Source: Girardia tigrina (Eukaryota). Taken from it: a stretch of DNA of 63,281 nt. A program made the translations under genes and the position numbers. Under the pieces are notes generated by a model, which saw only the letters and a list, made by a program, of their open reading frames with translations, was not told the DNA's origin and ran no database searches. The stretch is from NCBI GenBank assembly GCA_001938485.1, contig MQRK01168095.1, positions 1-63,281 of the forward strand. The letters run 5' to 3'. Below, piece after piece: positions 39,488 through 52,195 of this stretch; positions within the stretch are counted from its first letter, which is position 1; each line of letters starts with the position of its first letter.

Positions 39488-41220
39488 GATTATGTTCTTT
39501 TTTATTGCTTTTATATAAGAAATGAATCATTATGCAATCACTTACGTAAGTCTAATCGAAAACTCTTAACAAATTAGTTGAGAGTGCTGTTTGAACATTG
39601 ATTTTAGGATCACATGATCTTATCAACAATGCTTCACATGACACTCTCTCCCAATAATTTTTAAAATGCTTGCACAAAATCTTAAAATCATTTATGCTCA
39701 TATTACATTTACACGTTTTTTTATGCTCAGCAATATTACTCTTTCCCACTTTTTGACTGTGTTCTTGGACTCGTTTGCAGAGATGACGTGCAGTCTCTCC
39801 GATGTATGTGGCATTGAACCCATTACATGTGTATTGATAAACAATGTCCGAACACAATCCTAAATGAGTATGTGATTTATTGCAAAACATATTCTCAACT
39901 TTAAATGATTGAGAAATAATTTTTTTTGATGTATCGAGTCTATTTACTAATGTTCCGTTACAAGAAACCATCGAATTATGTTGTGAACTGTGGCGTAAGA
40001 ATAATCTGGACAGTTCTGATTTAGATGAAGTTGCTTTTCGAAAACTCTTAACATTTGCTACTTCAAATGTCCATTTTTTATTTAATGGTGAATGGTACAA
40101 ACAAATAGATGGGGTTGAAATGGGTTCACCATTGGCTCCGACGTTAGCCTGTATATTTCTTTCTTCCATTGAAGAAAAAATAGAATTGTTTTTGGGGAAA
40201 AAACCACTACTTTATAAGAGATATGTGGATGATATCTTTCTAGTCTATGAATCTCGAGAACATGTGTTTCCTTTTCTAGATTACATGAATTCGATTCATC
40301 CAAATATAATCTTTACAGAAGAACAGGAAATAAACGGAAAATTACCATTCCTTGATTTGTTAATTGAAAGGAAAAATGATCATTATGAAACTGAAATATA
40401 TCAAAAGAAAACTGATACTGGTTTGTACACCTCCATAAACAGCTTTTGTGAGTTTAAATATAAAAGGAATATGATCAAAGGTGTGTTATACCACTCTTGG
40501 TCTCTTTCTTCAACGTTTTCAAAATCTATTAAAAGTATTGATACATTGAGCAAGTTATTGAATAATAACGGTTACTCTAAGTCCATCATAGACAGACTCA
40601 CTCGTGAGACTGTAGATAAAATAATCGAATAAAAAAAATCAAAAATGAAAAAAATAATAGTTTAAACATTGAAAACTGCTTTACACCTGGGTATACTCTA
40701 AGCTTACCTTACTCCGAGGGTTTTAAACACCTCAAGAATTCGATCTTGAAATCAACAGATAACATTTTAAATTTAAAAATTATTTCTCAATCATTTAAAG
40801 TTGAGAATATGTTTTGCAATAGATCACATACTCATTTAGGATTGTGTTCGGACATTGTTTATCAATACACATGTAATGGGTGCAATGCCACATACATCGG
40901 AGAGACTGCCCGTCATCTCTGCAAACGAGTCCAAGAACACANNNNNNNNNNNNNNNNNNNNNNNNNNNNNNNNNNNNNNNNNNNNNNNNNNNNNNNNNNN
41001 NNNNNNNNNNNNNNNNNNNNNNNNNNNNNNNNNNNNNNNNNNNNNNNNNNNNNNNNNNNNNNNNNNNNNNNNNNNNNNNNNNNNNNNNNNNNNNNNNNNN
41101 NNNNNNNNNNNNNNNNNNNNNNNNNNNNNNNNNNNNNNNNNNNNNNNNNNNNNNNNNNNNNNGTAAGTGATTGCATAATGATTCATTTCTTATATAAAAG
41201 CAATAAAAAAGAACATAATC

Positions 41221-41264
41221 AGTGATCTGATGATGACGGTTAAACCGTCGAAATATATTATCCT
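41221..41264 (+). ncRNA. Minimal type I hammerhead ribozyme
   Basis: AGUGAU-CUGAUGA-U-GACGG(UUAAA)CCGUC-GAAA-UAUAUU-AUCCU. Confidence 0.8.
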
Positions 41265-42545
41265 AAAATATATTTTTAAATTGTGTGTATTTGTTTTTAA
41301 TAAAAAATTTCCATCTTTTTTCAAGTTTATATGCATTTGTTGTTTAAATTAATAAATATTGACAAATATTTATATTTTTCATAGATGAAATATCTATAAT
41401 AATATATATAAAATTATATTTTTTATATAAATAAATAAAGTATTAAAGAATAGTTTAAGTAAATACAAGTAAAAAAGTTTAAGTAAACTATAAAAAATAA
41501 ATGTAAAAGAAGAAAGAAAGATAAATAATTATAAGGAAAGAGTAAATAATAAATTAAAATTAAAAAATAAAATTAATTAATTGATAAAAGACCTGTATAA
41601 AGGGTCATTATTAATTAAGTTTAAAAGTCCAAAAAGTTTATAAGTTCAAAAAGAGTTAAGAGAACAAGAGATTATTTTGAAAGACGAGAAGTCAAAGAGT
41701 TATCTATTTCGAAAGACGAAACGTCTAAGAGCGTCTCATAAATTTTCTGCTCAAAATTATATTTAAGGGAGCAAGAATCAGAACGCTCATACAGTCATTC
41801 TCAATATTTTCACGGAAATAGTGCAAGATTAAAGAAAAGCTTGAAACGGCAATAACACTCGTTGAAAAACAAAGAATCATTAAAAAGTAATTGATTAAAA
41901 ATATTAAATAATTATTAAATATTATATTTTTTTATATTCACGCTGTAAAGTGTGACCTAAACATCTAAAATCTTATCGACCCGAGTTGTCTCTAAAGACT
42001 CGCGGAGTTCAAATATAAAATCGGCCAGGGGCCAAATAAACTTTGTTCTTTTTTAAACACTTTTGACTTATTGTAATAAATTTTAAATATAAAAATATAT
42101 TTTATAAATAAAACCAGACTTTTTCTTGAATAGAATAAAACACAATCAACACTCAACAATACTACAATTCCGAAACATGTACCATAATCAATTTCTTATA
42201 ATAACTTTAACCAAATTATTTTTCACAACCATCAAATTAGCGTTCAGACTCAATAATATATGTATATAATTAAAATATATTTATGAAATTTTAGATATAT
42301 TTTGAATAATTTAAAATATATGTAAGAATGACCATGTAAACAATTTTGAAATGCGTATGTTAATTCTCTTTTTACATAATTCATGATAAGAATTTTCTTT
42401 TTAAAATATTTATGTTTATTTCATGACACTAGGTTACATTAATTCAAATTAAATTTTTATGGTTATAATCATTATAAAATATTTAATGTTTGTAGTTTTA
42501 AATGTATTCATAACTTCTGGCTACTATAAAAAACAACCTACATAA

Positions 42546-44698
42546 ATGTCAAAATTTCTTGAAAATGATAATCAAACTACCAATAAAAGTGAAAAAAACT
42601 TTTTCCTAAAATACAATTCAAGAATATTTAATTATCGCTAATAATAATAAAATAATTCCCAAATAATTTCTTGTCCAAAATTGTAGAAATAAAATCGATT
42701 GTTTTAATTTTATCTTACAAATTTGGCGTCATTCAAATTGCAACTATGGTATTCGATTTGACTTGAAATATCGTGATAAAACCCGATATAGTTTCAGGAA
42801 AACGCTTCCAATATCGACATAATAATCATTCCAGGTGAATGAAAGATAAAAAATGACAACAGTAATGATTAATTAAAAAAACGTATTCTTTTCAAGGCAA
42901 CCCGGGTATTAGAGAATATTACAATGATTTTATCGATTGTTTAAGTAAAGAATTGAAATCGCATGATAAAACATATCGTATTTTCGTAAACGCGCATCTC
43001 GGTCACGATGAAACCGTTTATGGTTATTATTGATTTATCTGAATCGATGAAATTATAACAGAATAAAAACAACGCCAGTTTACATATAACACAAAATTGC
43101 GGGAAAATTAATTATGAAAAACGATATTGCCATTCAGAAAAAAATTAATTGTTGCCGTATATTTCGATGGATTTTCTATCATCTGCAGACTTAATTAACA
43201 CAATTTCGCTGTTGTAAATGTACACTCGTTATCGATTATCGATTAAATTACCATGGACACATTTAATTTGTGATTATTATGAATTAATTTGTGATTATTT
43301 ATTAATTAATTTGTGATTATTTATGAATTAATTTGTGATTATTTATGAATTAATTTGTGATTATTTATGAATTAATTTGTGATTATTTATGANNNNNNNN
43401 NNNNNNNNNNNNNNNNNNNNNNNNNNNNNNNNNNNNNNNNNNAATTAATTTGTGATTATTTATTAATTAATTTGTGATTATTTATTAATTAATTTGTGAT
43501 TATTTATTAATTAATTTGTGATTATTTATGAATTAATTTGTGATTATTATTAATTAATTTGTGATTATTTATTAATTAATTTGTGATTATTTATGAATTA
43601 ATTTGTGATTATTATTAATTAATTTGTGATTATTTATGAATTAATTTGTGATTATGAATTATTTTGTGATTATTTATGAATTAATTTGTGATTATTTATT
43701 AATTAATTTGTGATTATTTATGAATTAATTTGTGATTATTATTAATTAATTTGTGATTATTTATTAATTAATTTGTGATTATTTATTAATTAATTTTTGA
43801 TTATTTATTAATTAATTTGTGATTATTTTAAAGTATTTATGTATTACTTTGTTAACCTCTTCAAATATTTATAAATATATATTTATAATCTTTAAACATA
43901 TTTTAAAGTGGCGTTGTTTTTGTGTTCCAAAAAATGTGAATTATTTTTGAATTTATTAAAAAAGATTAAAAATCGATCAATTTAGACCGAACGTTTTCTC
44001 TCAACGACCAAATCGATTATCATCGTAATAAAATCACCCGATCGATCGAATCCAATAATAGGAAGCTCATTCTCATCGGTCATTCTATCGGTTGTTACAT
44101 CATCCTTCAATTAATGCGACATAAATCGATCAAAGCGAATCTTATTCAGTCAATTTTACTTTTTCCGACAATCGATCGAATAGGTGAATCTCCGAACGGA
44201 CGATTCTTTCGGCGTTTCGTTCATTCATCGTTCTTTCGTTGGTTGATTTATGCCGCCGTGTTTATGCTTGTGCTTTTGACGACCGCGCGAATTCGCCGAT
44301 TGATCATCGGAAAGTTCTTCCGGGCAGATATCGATTCATCGATTGTTATTGCAACCGAGATTTTGTTAAGGCCCGCCACTATTCGACAGGTGTTGTTCAT
44401 GGCGCACACCGAGCTCGAGCAAGTCGGACGGTTGAGTGAGACAGATAAGGACACGCTCGGTGAGTTTGCGGATCGTGCAATAATTTATTACGGTTGCCAT
44501 GACAACTGGTGTGTGAATGAAGCGTGTGGGGATATGCGCGACCTTTGTCATCGACGTGATTGGCCATTGACAATGGTCCGATTGGATGAGGAGGGAATGA
44601 AACATGCATTTGTTATTGACGATAGTCACAAGATGGCGGAGATTTGTGCTGAGTTTGTGTCTGTGCAGATGAATGAATCGATATTGATCGGTTATTGA
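42546..44698 (+). CDS. LDAH: Lipid droplet-associated hydrolase (alpha/beta hydrolase); exons 42546-42588, 42687-42748, 42798-42834, 42897-43022, 43986-44698
   Basis: Spliced frame gives IIPGNPGIREYYNDF, HLGH, FSLNDQI, LIGHSIGCY, LLFPTIDRIGESPNG, YYGCHDNW and HAFV. All introns are GT-AG with matching phase. The first two exons are less certain. Confidence 0.85.
43263..43828. repeat. 22-bp intronic minisatellite (TTAATTTGTGATTATTTAT[G/T]AA)n
   Basis: Direct tandem units spanning a small gap in the last LDAH intron. Confidence 0.95.
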
Positions 44699-44916
44699 GT
44701 TAAGTAATTAGGGGTATTTTGATCAATGGTATTTTTGAATCGTTGTTGAACGATTTTAGTGTTAACATATCTATTTGTCTAGATGTCGGCAACAAGCAGC
44801 TCGATCTAACTCAATCTCGTCTACCTTTATTTTACTAATAACAAAATTTTACCGATTTGGCTTCTAATAATCAATATTTGGAATATTAAAATTTTTTAAT
44901 AACGTATAAACAATAA

Positions 44917-47900
44917 GGGAGCATCCATTAAGGACGTCATATAAAAAATAAGCATATTTTGACCCCTCCTTTTGTCCCTTTATGTCCCTTTTCATGAGAC
45001 ACCCCCTCCCCGGGGGACATCCCCCCGAAAACAAATTTCCCTTATATTCAGATGAATGTATAGAACATTGAATTTCTGGCTTTAAAGATTAGCTTGTATA
45101 TAATTTTATTTCGGCTGTAATTTAAGTCACATTAAAAAATAGAATAAAATAATCAAATACTGTTAAAATAATGAAAATGTACATAATTCCTAAAGAAAAA
45201 ATAAATGACTTAATTATTATAAAAGAAAAAATCGAAAATTATTAATTTTTTTTCTTATTTATCTCGATTCCAGTTCCGATAATTAGCAGCGCCAAAGACA
45301 TCAATCATTGTGAAATTTGGGCAACGTTTGTTCAAAAATTAAATATAACATGACTGTCTTAAACTAAACAAAAAACTAAACAGCCAAAGATAAAACATTG
45401 TCTTTTAATTATTAGTACATTACTGCAGTCAGTTTATAAAAGTTACTCATCCTCCCATGGTGATTTGAAAATATCAAAGATATTTCTGTAGACAGCTGGG
45501 GACCCAGATGAACTGCTATGGCTCTCGGTAGTCTCCGGACATTCAGTTTCTGTTTCATCGTCAACATCTGATAGTTTTCCTTGACAAGTGTCTGAACATC
45601 CACCATTACGATGATGCATGATGGCAGCATGCGAGGGCATATAGATTTGGCAGGAATTGCAAACCTTTGATGCAATGTACTTTGGTGTTAAACTTGAACA
45701 GTACGAATCATATGGCATTTCACCTTTGTAACTTTTGCTGGATGCTGGCTTTACTTTAATTGTTAGCCTCTGCCAAAGTTGCATAAATTTATCTCCTGTC
45801 TTGACATCGCTAGGATCTGGAATATATGGCCCACTGGAAGTAGTTTTGACTGGAAATGATGCTGATAGAAAACGATTTGGAAATGCCTCTAACCAGTTTG
45901 ATCGCATCTTGCTGCAACATTTGACAGATTGGCATTTCACAATCATAAGCATATACTGAGAAATTCGACAGAGACGTATAATCCATCCTTCATCAACATC
46001 CTCAACGCTCAACGTTGCATTCTCTACATATTCTGCCTCAACAGGATGACCTTCTAGAGTCATGTTCCTCCAAATTTCAGATAGCACTTCACCTGCTTTT
46101 TTAAAGTTTTGTTTCTCCAAATTTTCATCAATTATACATCCTGTGGCATTCAGATGGTTACCATTTGAGTCGTGGGGAAGAATGATGCCGACAAGTTCTT
46201 TGCTGAGAGGTGCCATTCGTCTTTCAACATAGTTGAATGCCGATAAACCTGGAGCATGTGTCATTGTGATATAAACGTCAAGATTGTATTTTTTAAATTG
46301 GTGAACAGCCACTGCCAACGTTTTTGGAAATCTCGGATTCTCATCTGGTCCTCCATCTACAAACGTCATAAAAATTGGTTTAACAACGCCATTGTTCTTT
46401 GCAACCTATTGGAAGGATTTCAATTCAAGAAGGTATTCCGCATCTCTCCCATGAGTGAAAGAAGTACTGCCATCGTGTTTCGCACTTCTAATAGCTATGT
46501 ATAATGGCCCGGAATAATAAATTTCTAATGATGCATATTCACTTGGTGCTTTGATGATGCTGGCTGCATATACTGATGAAGTAAGCTTGTGTCTGCCCGC
46601 AATGACAAAATCATGATCAGGAAGGCGAACTTCGTATTCAAGACACATGAGAATTGGTGCCTGTTTACTTGCCTGCTGCAAGGCCAAGTGGAACCTTGGC
46701 TTTGTCATCTATGGAAAGAACAAAGACTGCTGATGGTCCAAACAAGGCGGCAATTGCTTTCAAATATTCCATTGTTGCAAACGTGAAATCAGCATCAACA
46801 AGTTTTTTGTGACTGTTTTCAGGGCGTCTCAGCTTCACTGGAACGACATTCACGTGTTTCTTTCCTTCATTTGAGTCGATCCTACGTGGAATTAGAGGTA
46901 AATATAGAGCTGATCTGCTCAATATATAATTCATTTTTCGAAGTTCAGAAACTAGGTGCAGCAAGCATTGAGAATTTCAATGCGTCGCTTCCTGTCAACT
47001 CCAGCACCATGAGTAACAAGAGAGATTATGGCATTATGTAAATCAGATTGAGTTTTTTCCAATGAAGGACGGCCAGTTCTATCTCGTGCAAATTTCTTGA
47101 GTTGTGGGTTCGAATCTGACAAATTTTTCATAGTTTCTCTTAATGCAGCTCGTCTTTTTATTTTTTATATGCATCTTTTTGTAATATAATTAATCGTTTT
47201 TCATCTTCACTCAGGCATTCTTTTGCTTTCTTCAGTTGAATAAAATTATCATTTTTTGCCAATCCAGATTCTTTCAGATCCTGAAGTTTCAGAATTAGAC
47301 TTTTTTGCTTTGCAATTTTCGTATTCAAATTGTCCTGTGCATATTTAATTGTTTCTTTTTTTCTTCGTTCAAAATATTTATTTCATTTGTTTTCGGCTGA
47401 TTAACCTCTGCAACCATTGTTTTAGAGTCTGTTTGTGATTCTTGTTTAATATTTGGTCCTTCAGTATCACTTAGTGTGTCTTTTACTTTTTTGAAAGTCC
47501 TGTCCAAAAAAGACAAGATTGAGCTTCATTTCGTTTTTTCAGATCTTGCAACTCCAACAGTTTTGCTTGATAGGCATCTGAACTATTTTTAATTTTTTCC
47601 ATTCGTCATTTGCATCTCTTTGTTGCTTTGCTTTGTTGATGCATTGGTATGCAGAACAATAAAGTTTGTAAAATGTTTGATAGTCAGCCGTAGGTATTTA
47701 TTACAATTAAAATAATTAATAATAATTTTGAATTGAAATTCAATACCAATGAAAATAGTAAATATTGTAACAGTAGATGAAACGTTATAATACAAAACAA
47801 AAATAGCTGAAGCCAAAAATCTCAAAAATGAAATCGCAAATTAATTTACTATTTTTCATCTAAGAATTAATATTATGTTTTATTCCAAGCTTAGTATTAA

Positions 47901-48410
47901 ACAGTCTTGATATTGATAGACACTTCTTAGATGCTGTCAGATTGATTACAGACTGCAGCAGATAGAGCTGAACACTACTGTGCTGTCAGGTTCAAGAAGT
48001 ATGTAGGTCAATGTGATAACGTACTAAGTATACATTTACTGTGGGCTAGAAGGATTAGTGAATGAGTGCTGCTATCCAGTGAATGAGTGCGGCTGCAGAT
48101 GGTATTTTCACATCCTCAGTATTCTAATAATAAAGGGATGTAGAGTTGTAGGTGGCTGCAACTCTGCTAAGAGAATTGGGAAAATAGAATTTAGATAACA
48201 GGGGTTTTGAGTATTACATCAATCTCTAACAGAAAATCTTACAAAAATGACAAGATAAACGATAGCTGAAATTTAACTTTAGATTTTAACGAAAGGCGCT
48301 GCTGGGGGATGTTCCCTTAACAATTGAACCCCCTCCCTATTGTCCCCAAATGTCCCCCTCGTCGTGACCCCCTCCCCCCTTAGAAGGGGACGTCCTTAAT
48401 GGATGCTCCC
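44917..48410 (-). mobile_element. Near full-length Zator DNA transposon with frameshifted transposase
   Basis: Perfect 22-bp TIR GGGAGCATCCATTAAGGACGTC with flanks TAA/GAA (TWA-type TSD). Motifs SIDDKAKVPLG, LPDHDF, VDGGPDENPRF and APGLSAFNYVERRM lie in ORFs 46665-46964, 46406-46708 and 45443-46369. Confidence 0.85.
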
Positions 48411-48799
48411 GAAGGTATTAATTTTTTAAGGTGTTAATTTTTGGTTGTCAAGTTTAGTTCTATATATTTCAAAGCCAAAGTTTATTGATACTCTATCAAT
48501 ACAAATTTTTGTATGGGAAAAATAAAAAGTAAAAATTATTTTAATCTTTATTGAATTAAAAAACTGCCAAAATTTTGTTTATTAAAACAAAATTGTTGAT
48601 TGAATTTCTTTTATTGCGTTTTTTGTTTAACATTTATTTTCAGCCCCTGGTTGCGAGGATTAACCAGATGGGGGACATAGAAAAATACTAATTAGATTTA
48701 AAAAAACATATATTAAAGAAAAATCATATATCAAATTCCGCCGGGTGGTATGAAGTAAATTAATTTACAATTTAAATTAAATTAAAATTTAATGTTGAA

Positions 48800-49966
48800 A
48801 TTACGTGCACTACACAAATATTTATGTTATTCATCAACGTATGTACACATATTATCGACACATTTTTGCCAATTGAGATGAAACTTGTTGAGGTCATTTG
48901 AATATAAATGTGGAATAAAAATCTATAAATTTTTCTATCAAAATTTTTTTAAAAAAGTGATTTCTCTTTTTTTTCGTCTTTTTGTTAAGTTATAGTATAG
49001 AGATTGTAAGAAAGATTTTCAATCTCCCCAACTTAACATTTACATTAAAAACATTAATGTTAAAAATAATATTAATTTTTAATGAATTTGTGTATTAAAT
49101 GAATCTTGTAATTTATGTTTTTATTTTGATCATTTTTTTAGTTTGTTTTAATACACAATTTGATAAATAATAAAAATTTTTAAAATTGGATTTCATTTCG
49201 TCATTTTTGTCTACTATATGGAATAATGCGATTTTTTTTCTGAAATTCGTGACCGTGCTCAAACAGCCGTTGATTGTTCAAAAATCTGGGCGAACTTCTC
49301 CCGTTATTACCACTCAGATTGAGGTAACACCTCAGGAAACATTTAAAAATTTTTCACTAACATTTCCTACAACTCCACCACAAGTTGTCTAGTACAGATG
49401 GAGCCTTGGATCCGCCGATCACAACAACCGGTGACAATACTAGAATCCATCGATCTCGGGGTTACCCAGTTTGAAATAATGTCCGGGAGACTTCATTGGA
49501 CCCATCTTTCACCAATCAAGCCTAATATGATTCAATATTAGTTGCTTTGTAACAGCAAATGTTAATGATTAACCATGAGCATTTTGGGAGGGATCCGAAA
49601 TCAAGGTTACCTTTATTTGTTCATTGTCTACCTATGTTCCTGATTGACCCAGAGACTCATTATTGAGGTTAAAATTATCTTTCACAAATTTTCTGAACTA
49701 ATTTGAGACTTTTTGCTGCGTAGTAGCATTGTATCCGAATATGCTATTGGCTTTTCTCATTTTTTTCTGATGTTGACATTCCACGTAGGAACTCTTACTT
49801 AATTAAAACAATTAAATAATTTTAATTAATTTTTGTTGATGTGTTTAAGAGTCAAGATAAGTAGCAATGAAACAAAAAAACGGAGAACCAAAATGTTAAG
49901 TCTGTCAAATTATAACATTTTGAATTTATTGTAATCATACCTACAAATCCATGCCTGACAACCTAA
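48800..49966 (-). mobile_element. Decayed mariner, same family as 9526-10690, interrupted
   Basis: Terminus TTAGGTTGTCAGGCATG at 49966 with TA. N-terminus homologous to 10340-10630. C-terminal WQKCVDN near 48860. Confidence 0.7.
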
Positions 49967-50289
49967 TAATAATTTCCTTTTTAATATTCGTTACTCTGAT
50001 TTATTTCACTGAATATTTCTGTTGAGGGGCAACAGTATAAGTAGCAATCCGATTATTTTTCTAAATCATCTGAAAGCAGTGCTCTCAATTGATAACCTCT
50101 ATAATATCTTTTTTAATGCTACTCTCAAAATCATTTTATTTTTCATTTGATAGTAATCAATAATATTTGATTATACCGCTTTTGATAATTCTTTCTTATA
50201 AGACTTCTTTTCAGTTAGCTGTTTGATAATTTTATTACCTTTTTAAAGTATGATTTCTTGATCATAATCACCTTAGTGATATGGTCACG

Positions 50290-50495
50290 GTTGCTATGGA
50301 TACGGTAACCGTTACCATGGTTACAACCACCTCGAATCACTGTATCAGTTGCTAATGAAAAACGCTCTAAGTTACCGTTGCTATGGGAACCGAAACCGTT
50401 GCTAAGGAACCGGGAACCAATTAGAAGTGTTCTCAAGGTACCGGGGACCAATGAGAACCGTTGCTATGGTAACCGGACTCGTTTTCCATGGCAAC
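50290..50495. promoter_or_regulatory. Cluster of RFX X-box-like motifs with two CCAAT boxes
   Basis: GTTGCTATGGATAC (50290), GTTACCATGGTTAC (50311), GTTGCTATGGGAAC (50377), GTTGCTAAGGAAC (50398), GTTGCTATGGTAAC (50460) and GTTTTCCATGGCAAC (50481), with weaker copies at 50348 and 50429. CCAAT at 50417 and 50448. Confidence 0.6.
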
Positions 50496-50609
50496 GGGCT
50501 CCCCCCGGGAGGTGTGGGAGGAATGCCCATTTTTCCCCTACTGTCTCGACTAAACACGAGTGCTTTTTCAGAATTGCTCATCAGATGGCGATTGTCTCCT
50601 ATTAAATAA

Positions 50610-51922
50610 ATCTGTGATGACTTTAATTTAACTATTAGAGTTCGTACCAAGAAAGCTGAATAAAGCAGATGAACTGACGAGAATTCCGAAGGAGCTGACT
50701 AAAAGCGTATGCGGTGTCGCTTTGGTGAGTGAAATTGAAAGACTGAACGATCTTCATTTGAAGTGCACTTAGGAGTAAAAAGAATGAAGTTCCTTTGCAA
50801 AATTGAAAATATTAATGTCACAGATAAAGATATTTCGAACATGATTGCGAAGTGCCAGAAATACCAGTCAATTGATCCTGTACCGGTTAGATGGGATCTT
50901 GGTGGTTTATCTGTTAGGGAGACCTGGCAAAGATTAGCAATATATGTAACCAAATTCAATGGAGATAAATATTTAAGCTTCATCGATTGCGGACCATCCA
51001 GGTTTGTGATATGGAAAGAAATTCGGGATGAAAGTTCGCTTTCTATCACCGCGGCAGTAAGTTCTGTGTTTTTGGAGTGGGTAGCGCCCAGAGAACTGAT
51101 TGTGGATAATTATACGACTTTTTATTCAAACGATTTTATAGAACTTTGCAACGGTTGGAGAGTCGAGGTAATTTATTGAGCAATCAACCGACCAAGCGGG
51201 AACGGAGTCGTGGAAAGAAGTCATCGCACGATTAAACGAATTGCTACGAGATCGAATATCACAATAGGAGAAGCAGTTTGGTGGTACAACAATACTCCGT
51301 CGAGTGGTAAGGAACCACCGAGTTGGATGATTTATAATTATAGGTGTATGAAACCGGTTTATGGCGAAAGCGACAATAAGTTCGAGGTGAGGAAGAAAGG
51401 TGCGAAGTACTGTGATCATCAGTTAGTTTGGGTGAAACCAATGGGTAGTACAAGTTGCACACAGCAATGGTTAAAAGGCCAGATTTTGAAAGAACTTTCG
51501 AACTGTAAATATTTAGTGGAATGCAATGGATCGAGTTTCCCTCGGCATGTCGGTGATTTACGGCCGAGGAGAGTTGAGCCGGAGAAGGTTATTGAAAAAT
51601 CTGTATCTTGGGAAGAGGAATTCGAAGTTGATGATTCAAGGAGTATTGGCATGAAATGCCTGCAGAGAAGATTCAAATATTTAGAGAATTACGTGGTTGA
51701 TGAAGATTCTTGTTCTGATGAATCTGGTGGGCATGTTGTAGAGTTAATTAATTTATTTTTAGATAATTGTTCAGTATTTTAATTGACGAACAAAGCACGC
51801 GTTTTAAAAAGTGAAAAGTTGGAGAAAGTTTGAAGAGCAACTGAACGGGACGATTTGATAGAACAGTGTTCGTAATAAATTGTATCGTGATTCGTTTTGT
51901 ATTCAGTCTTGTCGTCACTACA
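50610..51922 (+). mobile_element. Gypsy element 3' part: RNase H end, integrase, PPT, LTR (51734-51922)
   Basis: NKADELTR, HLG...C, WQRLAI.VT, IDCGPSRF, IVDN and GNGVVERSHRTIKR motifs. TCTGGTGGGCA precedes a TG...CA LTR containing AATAAA. Confidence 0.9.
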
Positions 51923-52195
51923 CTTAATTTAATTTCGCGACGGTTACTAAAAATATTAATTGTTTGGGATAGTTTGCATTTTAATTTGCATCAATCAAGA
52001 ATACATTTACATTAAACATCTATAATTTTAGTCATACCTTACTAACGTTTAGTCAGTATGTATTTATTATGGGTATGCATCAGCTAATCATTTGAATTAT
52101 TGATTTACAAGCAAGACTATTTTACTTTTTTACATCCATTCTTATTTATTTATGGCACAAAGGTATTTATATATGACAAATATATGTATTAATTA

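Larger units (their letters stand above)
39409..41300 (+). mobile_element. Penelope-like element (family A), 5'-truncated, with inverted 5' pseudo-LTR
   Basis: RT from FDVSSLFTNVP (~39925) through MGSPLAP and RYVDD to 40632. GIY-YIG IVYQYTCNGCNATYIGET..RVQEH at 40746 onward. 39409-39925 is an inverted copy of the endonuclease and pseudo-LTR. Confidence 0.95.
38534..42186 (+). repeat. Two tandem diverged LTR-like repeats (~38534-39332 and ~39369-42186), the second interrupted by the PLE
   Basis: Both start TGTTGA[A/G]GGAATAT and share GGTCATTATTAATTAAG and TATAAAATCGGCCAGGGGCCAAATAAA in the same order. TSDs not resolved. Confidence 0.45.

Noticed and set aside
43263-43828. CRISPR array
   Set aside because: Contiguous tandem units with no unique spacers, inside a eukaryotic intron.
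44239-44629. Alternative-frame and antisense ORFs within the LDAH last exon
   Set aside because: Shadows of a GC-richer real exon.
50560-50590. Minus-strand CTGATGAGCAATTCTGAAA as a hammerhead
   Set aside because: No stable stem II or compatible helices I and III.
50215-50650. Four overlapping ORFs over the X-box block
   Set aside because: Explained by the GC-rich repeated motif; no protein-like signal.
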